Shown here piece after piece: positions 13,080-24,901 of a stretch of DNA of 52,105 nucleotides. The translations under genes and the position numbers were made by a program. Below the pieces are notes generated by a model. The model was given only the letters and a program-made list of their open reading frames with translations. It was not told the origin of the DNA and ran no database searches. The stretch comes from Octopus bimaculoides (taxonomy: Eukaryota), in the NCBI RefSeq assembly GCF_001194135.2, contig NC_068983.1:110908833-110960937 (forward strand). The letters run 5' to 3'. Every line of letters starts with the position of its first letter. The stretch's first letter is position 1.

Positions 13080-13950
13080 TGCTGGATTGCTTAACATGCC
13101 CAGCTGAGACTATAGATATGATACAGTAATCTCGTTCTTAGTCTTCCCGTAGGCCTCCTGCCGGTGGGCTCGGCTTGAAAAGGCTGTATTACAATACTTT
13201 TCTGTAGCATACCAGTCATATGTTGGCAGCACTGGAACGATGATGTCTCAGTGCAGAGAAATAAGAGCTCGACAAAGAGAGAAGTCTTTATCTCCGAGCT
13301 ACGCACCTATGGCGTAACGTTATTCTAAATCTTTTGGTGAGAATACCATTTCGGCTGCGTGTATTTGCGATCGTACTCATTGTCATTCATGACGATAAGT
13401 GAGAATCAACGTGAAAAATCGAATTGACGATAGCGGATTTGGTTCTTCTGCAGGTTGAATGTTGGAGCTGGAACACTACTGTGCAGCACCTGCGATTTTA
13501 GCATCCAACTCAACCTCCAGTTTTCCATCCCTACCGATCTAGTGTTGGGTAAATACATTTTTTATTGAGTGGACATTTCCTTTTTCGGATTATTTCTGAA
13601 CAGAAACAGAGACCAGTTAGAAAAGGCTGAAGAGACATTTTCTCGATGTGTCTGAATATTGCAGCTAAACTTGTGAGGCACAGATTCGTCGTTATATAAA
13701 TATCTTCAGTATTTGGGCTAAAAAGTCATAAACGCGAGAGAAGTGCGGTTAGGACGTTGGCTCTTGGATTCTTGTCATCGTTGTATCGCAGTACTGATTG
13801 GTAATCCCTGTAGATATAATAATGGAAAGCATACATCGGCAGGGACCTGGCTGGATTTATAACACCAATGAACTACGAAAAACCCAAATCGGCCCAGTTT
13901 AGACATACGGAAAGAAGAGCTGTATTCTGAATGTGTAGGACAAAAAGTAG
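13080..13950 (-). mobile_element. RTE-clade LINE 3' fragment (pseudogenised)
   Basis: Minus peptides GRDGKLEVELDAKIAGA and QAEPTGRRPTGRLRTR..W resemble the RTE post-RT region (DGKLE.E...RI..A; GRRP.GRPR.RW). Confidence 0.6.
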
Positions 13951-15795
13951 CATTTGCTGTAGCTGTGATATCAAAAACCTCTTGAGAGTACATAGCCGTA
14001 AAGGGTTGGAGAAATAAGGTGGAGCGCAATCTACCCTCCGTCACAGTTCCAGAGACAGCAGTAACGGTAGTATTGCCATTTTCCCTTCCACTACCGTTTT
14101 CTCTCCTAATGGTTACACTAAAGGGTTCCTGAAGTATGAGCATGATCCAGTGGTGTAGTCGAGAACCGTTTAATCTTAGCTTAAAACCTCTATCAGTGCT
14201 GCTTATTTACTTTCAACTCGTACAGATTATATCCTGAATGGAGGGACATTCTGCACCCCTAGATTTTAGACAGTTTACATTATTTATTGTTGTTTCTTCC
14301 GTCTTTTCACAACTACCTGCTTTCTACTTGTTGGCTTTCTTTGAAAACAGAAAATGTTTTATGTAACCTTCATGGTTTTTAACTATCCATTGTATTTTAA
14401 TCGTTCTTTATGAATTCCTACAATACATATTTTAGAATAATTTTCTATCTGCACAAGCTTCCTACCACTTTGTATTCCTCGTAAATCTATGTCAGATTTC
14501 AACTGGCGCTTTCGAAATTCAGTCATTAGTAATTTATTTCCCAGATATAAAATGAATTTTAAAATATAAATTACAATTACATAAACTGTAATTTCCTGCT
14601 GAGATTCTCGACTGCGACGTAGAATCAAGGCTGGATGGATTGGGGCTAATTGTATTGTCATTTTGCGTTCAGATGTTTAAAGTGTCAATGCAATGCTTTT
14701 ATGACACACTCTCTTAATCTTTTCTCATCACATACCCCCTCCTTTTCTTTCTATTATCTAATGATGACGATTATTGCCCTACAATACTATTTCCCACAAT
14801 GCTGTTGATTGTTTTCCTATAAAGATCGACCTGGTACAATATTCTCATTTTCTAAATTTTTCTTCTACATTTATTTATAGCTCGACAAGCACAATTCTCT
14901 CTCTTCCACTGCTTTCTTTTGATTGTTTCTTGTTTAGTCAGTTACTCAGAATCCTCTATATCTCTTTATCTTCTTCTTCACCTCGTTTTTATTGTTCGTT
15001 TATCTTTGGATATTTCTATTATATTTTTTATCCTATCCATTTGTCTTGTTACTTCTATCCCTCCCTTCTCTATTTCTAAATTCCGACAAGATGTATTTTT
15101 TGAAATGCAGACAAACAAAATATCTCGTCCCTGACATTTATGTATCCGTTAAAGGTTCTCAAGTTCAAATATTTTTCAAGAGAACATACTTAACATTGTT
15201 TTGGACCCGTTAACATAATATCTGGCTTTAGAGTGAAATTTTCATTTGAAAGTGATCCCTTCGCGTTTAGGTTTCCAGATTAAAACCTAAAACTCGAAAG
15301 ATGGTTGTTATATGCGGATTTAAATTTTCAGTCTACGTCCCTGATATAACATTTGTTCACTATGACTATTGTCGTAGTTCTGTGAAGCCTGCGCTTCATT
15401 AACAACAGAAGATATATCGCACTTCCGTCCTAGAGGACATTTGAATTTGTCTTTACATGTGCATCCAGGGCTGGCTTGATTTGTCTTTTGCTTATTGATA
15501 TTTGACAGGTAAAGGTAATTTTTATTGTGTCAAAGATTTTATAGTGAAAAAAGGGTCTGGGGGAGTCCGTTTCGATTAAGTGCAACATTTTCTACCTACA
15601 TTTGTCCTAACATTAATGAATACGTATGTATGTATATATGTATATATATATGTGCGTATATATATAGTCGAATCGAAAATTAAAAGTTGAACATTAACAA
15701 TCGAGTATTAAAAATAACGATATCAAAATAACAAGGAGACGTACACATGGAATGTTGTAGTTTGACGTTTGATAAAGGTCGGAAAAAAGGTTGTT

Positions 15796-15830
15796 TTTTA
15801 ACGTTTCGAGCATAGCTTTTCGTCAGAAAG
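15796..15830 (-). ncRNA. Minimal type I hammerhead ribozyme-like motif (PLE terminal repeat)
   Basis: Minus strand cttt CTGACGA a aagc tat gctc GAAA CGT T aaaa: intact CUGANGA and GAAA, short stem II, palindromic ACGT stem III, weak U-A stem I. Confidence 0.65.
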
Positions 15831-16561
15831 GAAAACAAAAACAACACGCGTGTGGTTACATGACATAACGAGACAGAGAGATAAAGAAAGATAGATAAAC
15901 AGATAGATAGAGAGAGACAAAGAGAGAGAGAGAGAACTTCCTGATGGTTTGATGATTATTGTTTCACACCATCTATTATTTACGCATTTAATGTATATGA
16001 CAATACTACTAACATAGACAGTGTGATACTTAAAATAATTTTCATATTTCAAGTTTAGGATATTTCTTGACGTTTTATATTACGCAAAGATAATAATTTA
16101 GTTCAATATCGAATAAAGTCTTGAATTGGGAATCTAAGAAAACTGGTGGAGACCTCCGTCTGCAACAATAATCTCATAGAGGATTTGCTGTGTCAATAAG
16201 TTCGCCTGCTGAAATATTATATGAACTATCTTAATTCAATATTGGTTATGTATGTTTATATACATGATACATATAAATTGATTCTGAACGGCACAAGTGT
16301 GTGTGTGTGTGTTTGTCTGTGTCTGTGTATTTGTTTCGGGAAAATCATTTTATCTGAAGCGCTATATTGAGAGGACGAAAAAAGTACGAAAAAAACATTG
16401 TTTCATTTGGCGATTCTCAGCTGTTTGAATGCCAAATCTGGAGATAGAAAGATAGGGATAGCAAAAAAAAAAAACCCAAAAAAACCTTCAACTCAAGTCT
16501 TATTTATGTCACACTCATCGTGAAACATATAACTTCACATCCATATATGTACACGTGGACA

Positions 16562-17756
16562 TGCGAGAGTGCTATCAAATGTAATGCATAAATAGGTATA
16601 AATGTATATTAACTGAGAGAGGTCTTTCAAATTATATATATTGTTAGAGTAACATTTTGTCTATTAAAAGATACTACGCAATATAATTTCCATCCAAAGC
16701 GATGCATTTTCACCATTGTCGAACCAGACACTAGGAAACACTTTGAGCTTTGCACTGTTGTGCCCACTACTTCACATCATCTCTGTTAGTGAATAGTTGT
16801 TCCTAAAAGCCTTTTTCCTTAGACTGAATAGGGAGTGCAAAATCCTAGGTGAACCAGACCCGAGGTGTACAACTAATCCAGTGAATTTGTTGATTGAATT
16901 GTTTATTGTCGAAGGTTCGTGTGATGACGCATTGTCTTGATTTAAATGTATCGTTTTAAGTTATTTGTTTAGTTTCTTCCTCCTAAAACAATATTTTACA
17001 TTTTTCAACGTTTCTAGTGAATGTGCTGCTCACTGTGTATGATACAACCACATTCCAGGAAATGAAGAGTGACATCCTTATCATATTCTAATAAAGAAAC
17101 CATTACTTTCTTTGCCGATCTCTCGCTCTTTTAGAAATGTGTCTATATTTCTTGAAATCACCCTTCAGCTTCGGAAGTTTAAGATACGTACTTGTCACTG
17201 CGTGTAACAAAAAATATATCTTTGGATTTCAGTAGATAAGAGTAGGGTCCCACAAATCTCTGTCCTTTAAATCAAGCGTCGATTAACGAGCTATTAGCTT
17301 TGCATCCATTTTCTAATCCCCAAGGTCTTCTGTCATGCATAGTGCAGTCCTACAACCAGCTCACGTATTATAACTCCGTTGTCCACGCGATTCGGTTGAA
17401 CCACTGACTGGTGATTCCTGTCAGTGGTCGATATTAACGATTTCTAGTTGCATTATTTGACTTCTATGCCGGTTCCACTCCTTTGTATCCTTCATTCACT
17501 TGCACACATTACTCTTGTCATCTCTGGAAACAACCTGTAGCCTTCTGTGAATGTAAGACAGCTTACATCTCTCCTCCGTCACAATCTCAATGACATCACA
17601 TTGTTTCTGCTTGGAACCCGTTATATGTCTGCAACAAAGAAGAATAATAGAGAAAGCGTTACTCTACTAGCATAAGCAATTTAAACGACTTATACCAATT
17701 CATAAAAAAAAAAATGTTAGTCCCAGTTTTGCAGTACTTTCGGCACAATTCTCGAA
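16562..17756 (-). mobile_element. Decayed full-size mariner transposon
   Basis: Minus peptides KQKQCDVIEIVTEERCKLSYIHRRLQVV (HTH), RKVMVSLL..DKDV..HFLE (catalytic domain) and LVRQW*KCIALDGNYI (C-terminus). Degenerate TIRs cgagagtgctatcaaatgtaatgca / rc cgagaattgtgccgaaagtactgca. About 1.2 kb. Confidence 0.75.
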
Positions 17757-17930
17757 TGTATTCTAGCTAGAATGAAAATATAGCATTCAAATTAAGAACA
17801 CGTAAGACACGGTAGAATATATATTTATTCCAACGTAAGACATAATAGAATATATATTTATTCCAACTTATTCCAGTTTCGTTTTAGGACTGGTCAAAGA
17901 CAAAACCGAAATTAGCTTACAATTTCATTT

Positions 17931-17988
<58 letters not shown>

Positions 17989-18116
17989 CGCGTGTACTTT
18001 ATCCAGCAGAGGTATGGCAGACCGATTAATCGGTTTGATTTGCAATCACCATACCGTTCCAAAATCAATCGCACCTTGTGGCGTCTTATTTAAGTTTCTT
18101 TTAACTTATTTCATAG

Positions 18117-18170
18117 CCATAGAGGGAAAATGTGGAGACGGAAATTGCGAAGGAGCTCCCCAGACGGTTT
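18117..18170 (+). CDS. Candidate 54 nt symmetric (phase 1-1) internal exon of the Pif-like gene
   Basis: Polypyrimidine acceptor tttcttttaacttatttcatag; open frame (T)IEGKCGDGNCEGAPQTV; donor T|gtaact. Frame-compatible with both neighbouring exons. Confidence 0.4.
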
Positions 18171-19523
18171 GTAACTATAATTTAAAGATCCAGCCTTTTA
18201 ACACTTATCCTTCTTTAGAGGGATAAGTAAAAATACGAATATCCGTAGAATACCTGGCCATTTTATTTGCTAGTTTAATGAGAAGGTATTTCAGTCTTTC
18301 AAAGTACAGAATACTCATCACCAAAACTGACGGATATCCATTTACTTTGTTTTTTGATTTACTTCACAAAGTTCAATATTACCTGTTTCTAGTGGTCAGT
18401 AAATACTAATATATCAGCATGCCTGCAGACACATCTCAAAATGTTTCACCAACTACTTCCTGTATTTTAATTACCTAAATCTCATTCTGACTTGTCATAA
18501 ATCTTCTTTTATACTCATATCCTGAAAGAATGAAAACAATCACGAACAGAAGAGCGAAGTATGACACATTCTATCTCGATCAAAGTGGCATAGCAACAAG
18601 AGCCTGGGGATGTAGAGGAAGAGTTCAAAACACAAAAGACTTTTTCAAACATAGACCATAATTTTCAGTCAGTTGCATTACAATTACTTCATTACAGTGG
18701 CATTAGGTAAAAGTTTATATATATTAATTACATAGATATGTAGAAAGCTCTCTCTTCAACTGTATTCCTTTGTAGATTTGTGTGTGTTTAAGCGAATGTT
18801 TAATGGTTAGTATTTTTACATTTACTGAGCAGTTTTTGATGCCTGCACTCAACATTATCAGTGCTGGTCCTAGTTGTAGTCTTGATCTTCAGCATCATAC
18901 ATTTTAACTTAATCTGAATTTCTACAAATATCACCAGTTCAAATATCATAGAATTTTGTATAATTAGTGTGTTTAACTACAACGAGTTTCGTTTCACTTT
19001 CTAGAACTTTCCAGATGAATTCAATTCTTTCAGAATTGTCATATCCTTTTCATGTTATCATTAAACATATAGCTAGCGAAGATATGCTGAATATTGTTTA
19101 ATTTACTATTTTGCATTCTTGCAGAATAGGTCTTCTCGTAGATAAACATTATCTTCAGCATACTATGGTAACATTAGATTATATATGAATTTTGAATGTT
19201 GTTATTGTCGTACTATTCATTAAGTTGAGATAAAAACGTTTGTAATATGCAACAATTCGCAATTTTCACAGGAAATAAAGACCGATTTTTATACAAATGT
19301 TTATTTTGAATATTCTTTGCCTTTCTAATGTTTCTTGTTTGATCATTAATATCAAGAAAAATCTATTTTGTGATATTTCCTGGTCGTTTTTAAGAATGAA
19401 TTTCATTGTTCTTGTTAACTATAGGGATATAATAGTATATATATTTTAATGATATGTATTTTGTACGCTAGTAAGCTAACGATTATGTCAATAATACTAA
19501 TGGTAAACTTTGAATTCACACTT

Positions 19524-19680
19524 CGGCACAAGGCCAGCTATTTCGTGGGAGAGGATAAGTCGATTACATTGATCCCAGTGATAAACTAGTACTTATTTTC
19601 TCGACCCCGAAAGGTATGATAGGCAAAGTTGACTTCGTGAGAGTTTGAACCTAAACCATAAAGACGCACGCTAATATTAC
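19524..19680 (-). mobile_element. tRNA-SINE family B (Meta/RUDI-like central domain), inverted partial copy
   Basis: Reverse complement contains tcaactttgcctatcatacctttcggggtcgagaaaataagtact; homologous to 19703-19920 and 32198-32418. Confidence 0.8.
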
Positions 19681-19702
19681 GTTTAATATGACATCTTTAG
19701 CG

Positions 19703-19920
19703 AAGGCGATGAGCTGGATGAATCGTTAGCATTCCGGGCAAAATGCTTAACGCCATTTCGTCCGATTTTTGCGTTCTGCGTTCAAATTCCACCGAGGTTG
19801 ACGTTGCCTTTCATCCATCAAAATTGATAAAATAGTTATCAATCGACGTCTTGGAGCGATATAATCGACTTACTCCCTCCCCCGAACTTACTGTCCTTGT
19901 GCCAAAATTTGAGACCAATA
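19703..19920 (+). mobile_element. tRNA-SINE family B
   Basis: aaggcgatgagctggatgaatcgttagc head, gttcaaattcc B box, gttgacgttgcctttcatcc body, ccttgtgccaaaatttga tail. Confidence 0.85.
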
Positions 19921-20336
19921 TTATATCTCTAGTTTTCTTACTTGAACAACAGGTGGGTGTTCGAACTATAAGGCTAATTTAACTAATCCAATACTATATG
20001 AGGTCTACGTGAATGGAATTTGGATGACCAGACGTTGTGCATTAGGTTCCCAGTTCAATCAGTCTCTGTGCTCCTGTTCGTCTTTTACGAAAAGTAAAAC
20101 TGGTAAGTTCTTTAATGTTGATTTTTATAAGAAAGCGGCATCTCAATGCCTATTTTAAAATATTCATCAACTGAATATTGTATGAAAAATATGATTACTT
20201 TCCCCAAAAAACATAAATTGTATAATTTTGCTAATAGTGTATATTTCATGCATTTGTACGAAACTAAAAGAAGCAATTGGTTATTAAATGCAATGTTTTA
20301 TTGTCTTAATTAATTGTTTTTGCAAACGTTTGCAGT

Positions 20337-20520
20337 GATACAGTTCTATATTTTAGAGATGAGGAATTATGTACGTTATTTGCATTATTTACATTTAACG
20401 GATATTTGTCCACATCTTGTTTGTTGTTAACACGTTTCAGCTGATATACCTTAAAGCCTTCATCAGGTATCTTAGGGAGATTTCGAACCTGGGTTCTCAT
20501 TCCTAAGGTATTTTTCAATT
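20337..20520 (-). mobile_element. 3' module of hammerhead-bearing SINE (family D), inverted copy
   Basis: Reverse complement ttgaaaaataccttaggaatgagaacccaggttcgaaat...cctgatgaaggct...gaaacgtgttaac matches 20990-21140. A 3 nt deletion removes the cleavage triplet context. Confidence 0.85.
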
Positions 20521-20530
20521 TTATTATTAC

Positions 20531-20558
<28 letters not shown>

Positions 20559-20561
<3 letters not shown>

Positions 20562-20769
20562 TAGTTTTATTTTTATAACGTGCTTTCACTTCACTACCGA
20601 GCGCAGCTCTGTGCGCCTTGGGTATGTGCTGTGGTTTGCTGTGGTGCTCTTATGTTTACTGTATTGAAAGTGTTTTGCGTAGAATGTGTGCAGTACCCAG
20701 TAGTGCAATTTTCTGTATGTTATATATATTTGTAAGTCCTGGTGTTTTTGTTATGTATTTGTCTGAATA

Positions 20770-20776
<7 letters not shown>
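20559..20776 (-). mobile_element. R4/Dong-clade (RLE) LINE 3' end flanked by (TAA)n
   Basis: Minus strand KYITKTPGLTNIYNIQKIALLGTAHILRKTLSIQ* matches the RLE-LINE C-terminal QK..LLGTA.ILR motif, followed by a short 3' UTR and (TAA)n. Confidence 0.75.
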
Positions 20777-20860
<84 letters not shown>

Positions 20861-20875
20861 TTGCCCACGGGCATA

Positions 20876-20930
20876 TGGCGTAGTGGTTAAGAGCGCGGGC
20901 TACTAACCCCAAGATTCCGAGTTCGATTCC
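20876..20930 (+). promoter_or_regulatory. Pol III type-2 internal promoter (A and B boxes) of SINE head
   Basis: A box TGGCGTAGTGG at 20876-20886 and B box GAGTTCGATTCC at 20919-20930, with an anticodon-arm-like gcggg-ctactaa-cccc between them. Confidence 0.75.
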
Positions 20931-21036
20931 AGGCAGTGACCTGAATAATAATAATAATAATAATGATAATAATAGCAACAATGATAACATTGAAAAATAC
21001 CTTAGGAATGAGAACCTACGTTCGAAATTTCCCCAA

Positions 21037-21082
21037 TATACCTGATGAAGGCTGGAGGGTATATCAGCCGAAACGTTGTGTT
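21037..21082 (+). ncRNA. Minimal type I hammerhead ribozyme
   Basis: ATAC/GTGT stem I (one G-U), CTGATGA at 21042-21048, stem II GGCTG/CAGCC, GAAA at 21070-21073, palindromic ACGT stem III, triplet GTT with cut after 21077. Confidence 0.7.
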
Positions 21083-24000
21083 AACAACAGAGAAGATGTG
21101 GACAAATATCTGTCGAATATAAATAATGTAAATAACGGTTGCAGTGAATCTACAATATTTACTTTATGCCCTATATATGCTTTATTCTTTGTTCATGTAC
21201 TGTGCATTTCGGTTGCCTCAATAAGTGTGTGAAGGTATTATTTCAATTAATAAATGCTTAATATATCCCTATTTGCAAAATATATCTTATTAACAAAATA
21301 TATCTTATTTCTTTTTATATTGTTCTCATTAAATTTTGTATGGAACATCGAATCTGTTTTCTCCTAGCAATTTAAAATCAAATTTGCCATTCAACTTTTC
21401 AGAGTTGGACAAATTACTTTTCTAACCCAGAGTGGTAGTTTGGTGAAATTGTCAGTATGTTGAATGAGACGATTGGCTTTATCTTCTTGCGGCCTAAGTG
21501 CTTGTGTAGTAGACTCAATCCATTTCTCTTTTTAATACAACTATGTGGACCCTGGGTTACTTTGTAGCAAATATTTCAGTCAGGTTTCCAATTTAAAGGT
21601 AACTTCTTTTGTCATTCCGATTAGTATGAAATACTTAAAAAAATAAGAGATCATGAATGTTGCTGCCTCTCCCTGACTAAGCTTTTGTAGAGTAAACTGC
21701 TATTTGTTGATTGATATTTAAAAATAACATAGATACTAAAAAATTTGGGGCACCTGTTATATTATTTCGGGAGATATTGGCATGTTGAATTATCTGAGTC
21801 AAGATTTATTTATCCTTTAAATTTCTTCATAAGAAAATGATGCGAATGCAAAGGAGCGATAAGTTCTTTGTGAGCTGATTCTAATAACCTATTTCTGGTT
21901 TTGGTTCCACTAATTTGAATCCAGTTCTATTGCGGTGGCACTGGAAAGTAGACATGCCTATATACTGGATCCAACATGCTATACTCACCACTGTAGAACT
22001 TAGAACACAGTAAATAGTGAGTGAAGTATTGATAATGTTATAGTGTTGATGCTACAACTTTTAGAGTTGAGTAATTTCTCTACGGGATATTTACACTCAT
22101 GCAAACACATTATGCATTTGTAAATTAAAAATTTTAGCCTTATGCGCAGAGCATTGTTGACAACAAGATATGAACCGGAGCCAACATAATTGCATGTCTG
22201 ATACCTATCAACTCAGCTAATTTTCTTTCTCTTATCCCAGTTTAGTACTTTTGCGATTTGCTTTACTATATTGTGATAACATATGAGCTTCACTTATACG
22301 TACGTGAAAAGTCAATATATCTTCTTCAGGAGGTAATCACGGCAGAATAAGAATATTCTGATTAGCGAATTTCTGATATATTTTCAACTCGCGTTTAGAA
22401 CCATTTCAATTAACTTATTTCCTTCAAAAATCTTCTGCATCCTGTCTTCATCCATCAGTGAAAATCGATTTTTCTTTTCTAGACTGGTACTGTTGTACAT
22501 CAGTGCATATTCAGCAAAAGTGTCTAAGATATAAATTCAATTACTCCACAACTCTAGTAGTGTATGTAGTGGTCTAAACGACTTACCATGTTCAATATTC
22601 AACCTAAATTTCTCTCTAAATAATCCTTCATACGTTAGGCAAAATAAGTGGTATGTCGAATGTAGCAAAGTATATTAACGTCACCAGTTTTATCAAGTAC
22701 GATGATACGGGTAACATCTATTACAATGTTTTATTAGCATTCAGGAATATAATGTTCTATGATTTATCTAATGTAATTATAAATTAGGTCAGGGAACTTG
22801 TATAAGCTGAAAATTATAACTTGATTCCAGACCCATCACGCAAGGATTTAAATATTTGTTGTCTTGCATTTTCCACAAATTACGAAATATTGACTTGTTT
22901 TTGATAAATAACAAAAACCTTACTGTTATATTTATAATTTCACATAAACAATTAGAAGCATGAAGAAATTCAGCTATTCAACATGATTTCCGTCTGTACG
23001 ATGCCGTCTCCGACAATTTTGTAAGATGTGTCTAGTTATTTGCAGTTAAACATTTCAAAGTGTATTTGCATATACTGCACATAATACAATGCATCAACAT
23101 ATATATTAATAATCGGAGCTGCCTTTGATATTGAATCAATGCTCCTATTTCATATACGATGCTAAATCTTGTAACAATATTTTATTTACAGTATCTTTCC
23201 TAAATTAAGGAAATCTATACAAAGTGAAACTACATTCACCTGCTTCGAGAGTATGCAGATTAATAATGCTTTCTGTATTTGCTTGACAAGTCCAAAACGA
23301 AAAGAAAACTAATTTGTCTTTCCTAAGGCGTAGAACGTGTTAAAGAGAACATAAATTACAACCCCGCTACATACCCCAATATAAATTCAATTGCTTTTTA
23401 TACAATATTCAAATACTATAAAACTGATGAGAATTATCGATATATTATTCCATGGCAAACACTAGGTATGTACGTTTGCAGTTCATATTTCCTACCTGTC
23501 CTAAATGCTGTGCAATTTTAAATTTATAAAAATGCTACATACAATTACCTGAAAGTAGTTGTTATTATTTTCGCAAAACTATTTTTCAGAGTTATTCAAA
23601 CTTAAAATAAAATGCTGTATTTAATGCAAGGAAATCCTAGACGTCCATCTTATGGATGCTTCAGATTTCAATGTTAACGCTTGACCTTCATATAAGACAA
23701 GTTATCGCAAGAGCTCATTTATCAATAGCACATTAAAAATAAACCCTGCAATCCAAAGAAATACTTATCTTCTTCCTTGGTGTGAATAAAGATTTGTGGC
23801 AATAGACGAAAGAAGCGGTGGTAATGTGAAGATGCAAGCCATTCTAATAATTGTTGATTTCCGTTGCACGTTTGCACAAGTCATTACCTTTTTCTTTTCG
23901 GTTGATGTATTATCTTTACTGTAATTTCTCTAGTGAGATTGCTTTACAACGTCCTTTATGTTTCTTAAATTCACTATATTTCGATAAATATGTGGTTTAA

Positions 24001-24336
24001 AATTAATACATCGGCCATTTGTAATTCCCTATACAATTTCAAAGTGTATTGGAACAATTAACCAATTGAGGTGCACAATACAACGAAAAGAAACGAAAAT
24101 TATCACAAAAGCTCAGGCATGGTTTGCAAGTATAACGACATTTTAAAGAGTTCAGACATATCATCATAGCTCTCTTCTGTCGATTACTTTCATTGAAAAC
24201 AAACAAAGCGTGCATATCTAAAACAACCTAAAGACAAATGACTTTCCAAGGTATTGCTGAGTTAGTAGAGCTACAATGTGAAATAAGTATCCGCATAGAT
24301 ATATTTGAGATATAGTGTGTTTTATATAAAAATATA

Positions 24337-24500
24337 TCTATCTATCTATCTATCTATCTAGCTAGCTAGCTAGCTAGCTACAGATATATAGAAAGATAGA
24401 TGGATAGAAATAAATAAATAAAAATAGATAAATAGACAAACGGACAGATAAATAGCTAGCTAGATAGATAGATAGATAGATACATAGATAGATAGATAGA
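24337..24500. repeat. Compound (TCTA)n/(GCTA)n/(GATA)n tetranucleotide repeat
   Basis: Direct reading of the repeat units. Confidence 0.9.
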
Positions 24501-24901
24501 CAGGTGCGTGGTTAGGGTATTGAACTGACGATCGCTTGATCATAGATTCGATTCCCAAACCAGGTATATTTATCATATTGTCTGTATTTCTCACTCTATT
24601 TACCCATGTGAGCCATTTTCAGACAAGCTAGCCATCTAATCTACGCCTTCAACATGAACGCAACATTCAAAATGCTGTCAAAATACTGCCTTGATTTACC
24701 TGAGATTATCCTTAAGGATCTATACGCTCACTGAAGTACAGACCAACGCCCCAACCTTCTGGAAGAAGATGAGCTGGGATCTTTATTCTCCTGTCTTTAT
24801 TCTATTACCTATTGTTTTATACTTTTGTATTCTTCTGTCTACTATTTTATTCCTTTATAAACTGTGAATTCCCTGTCTAGAAATTTCATACATACTCACC
24901 C

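Larger units (their letters stand above)
20869..21140 (+). mobile_element. Family D SINE: tRNA head + (TAA)n spacer + hammerhead-containing tail
   Basis: tRNA-like head 20869-20943, (TAA)n 20945-20990, conserved tail shared with 20337-20520, hammerhead at 21037-21082. Confidence 0.8.

Noticed and set aside
15430-15510. Exon-like segment ending gacag|gtaaag; similar candidates near 19124, 22480, 22970, 23630 and 28220
   Set aside because: Stops in the required phase, weak acceptors, or no resemblance to ChtBD2/VWA. Not included in the gene model.
20869-20943. Possible tRNA gene with ACT anticodon
   Set aside because: Acceptor stem does not pair properly, there is no oligo-T terminator, and it continues into a repeated SINE body. 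Treated as a SINE head.
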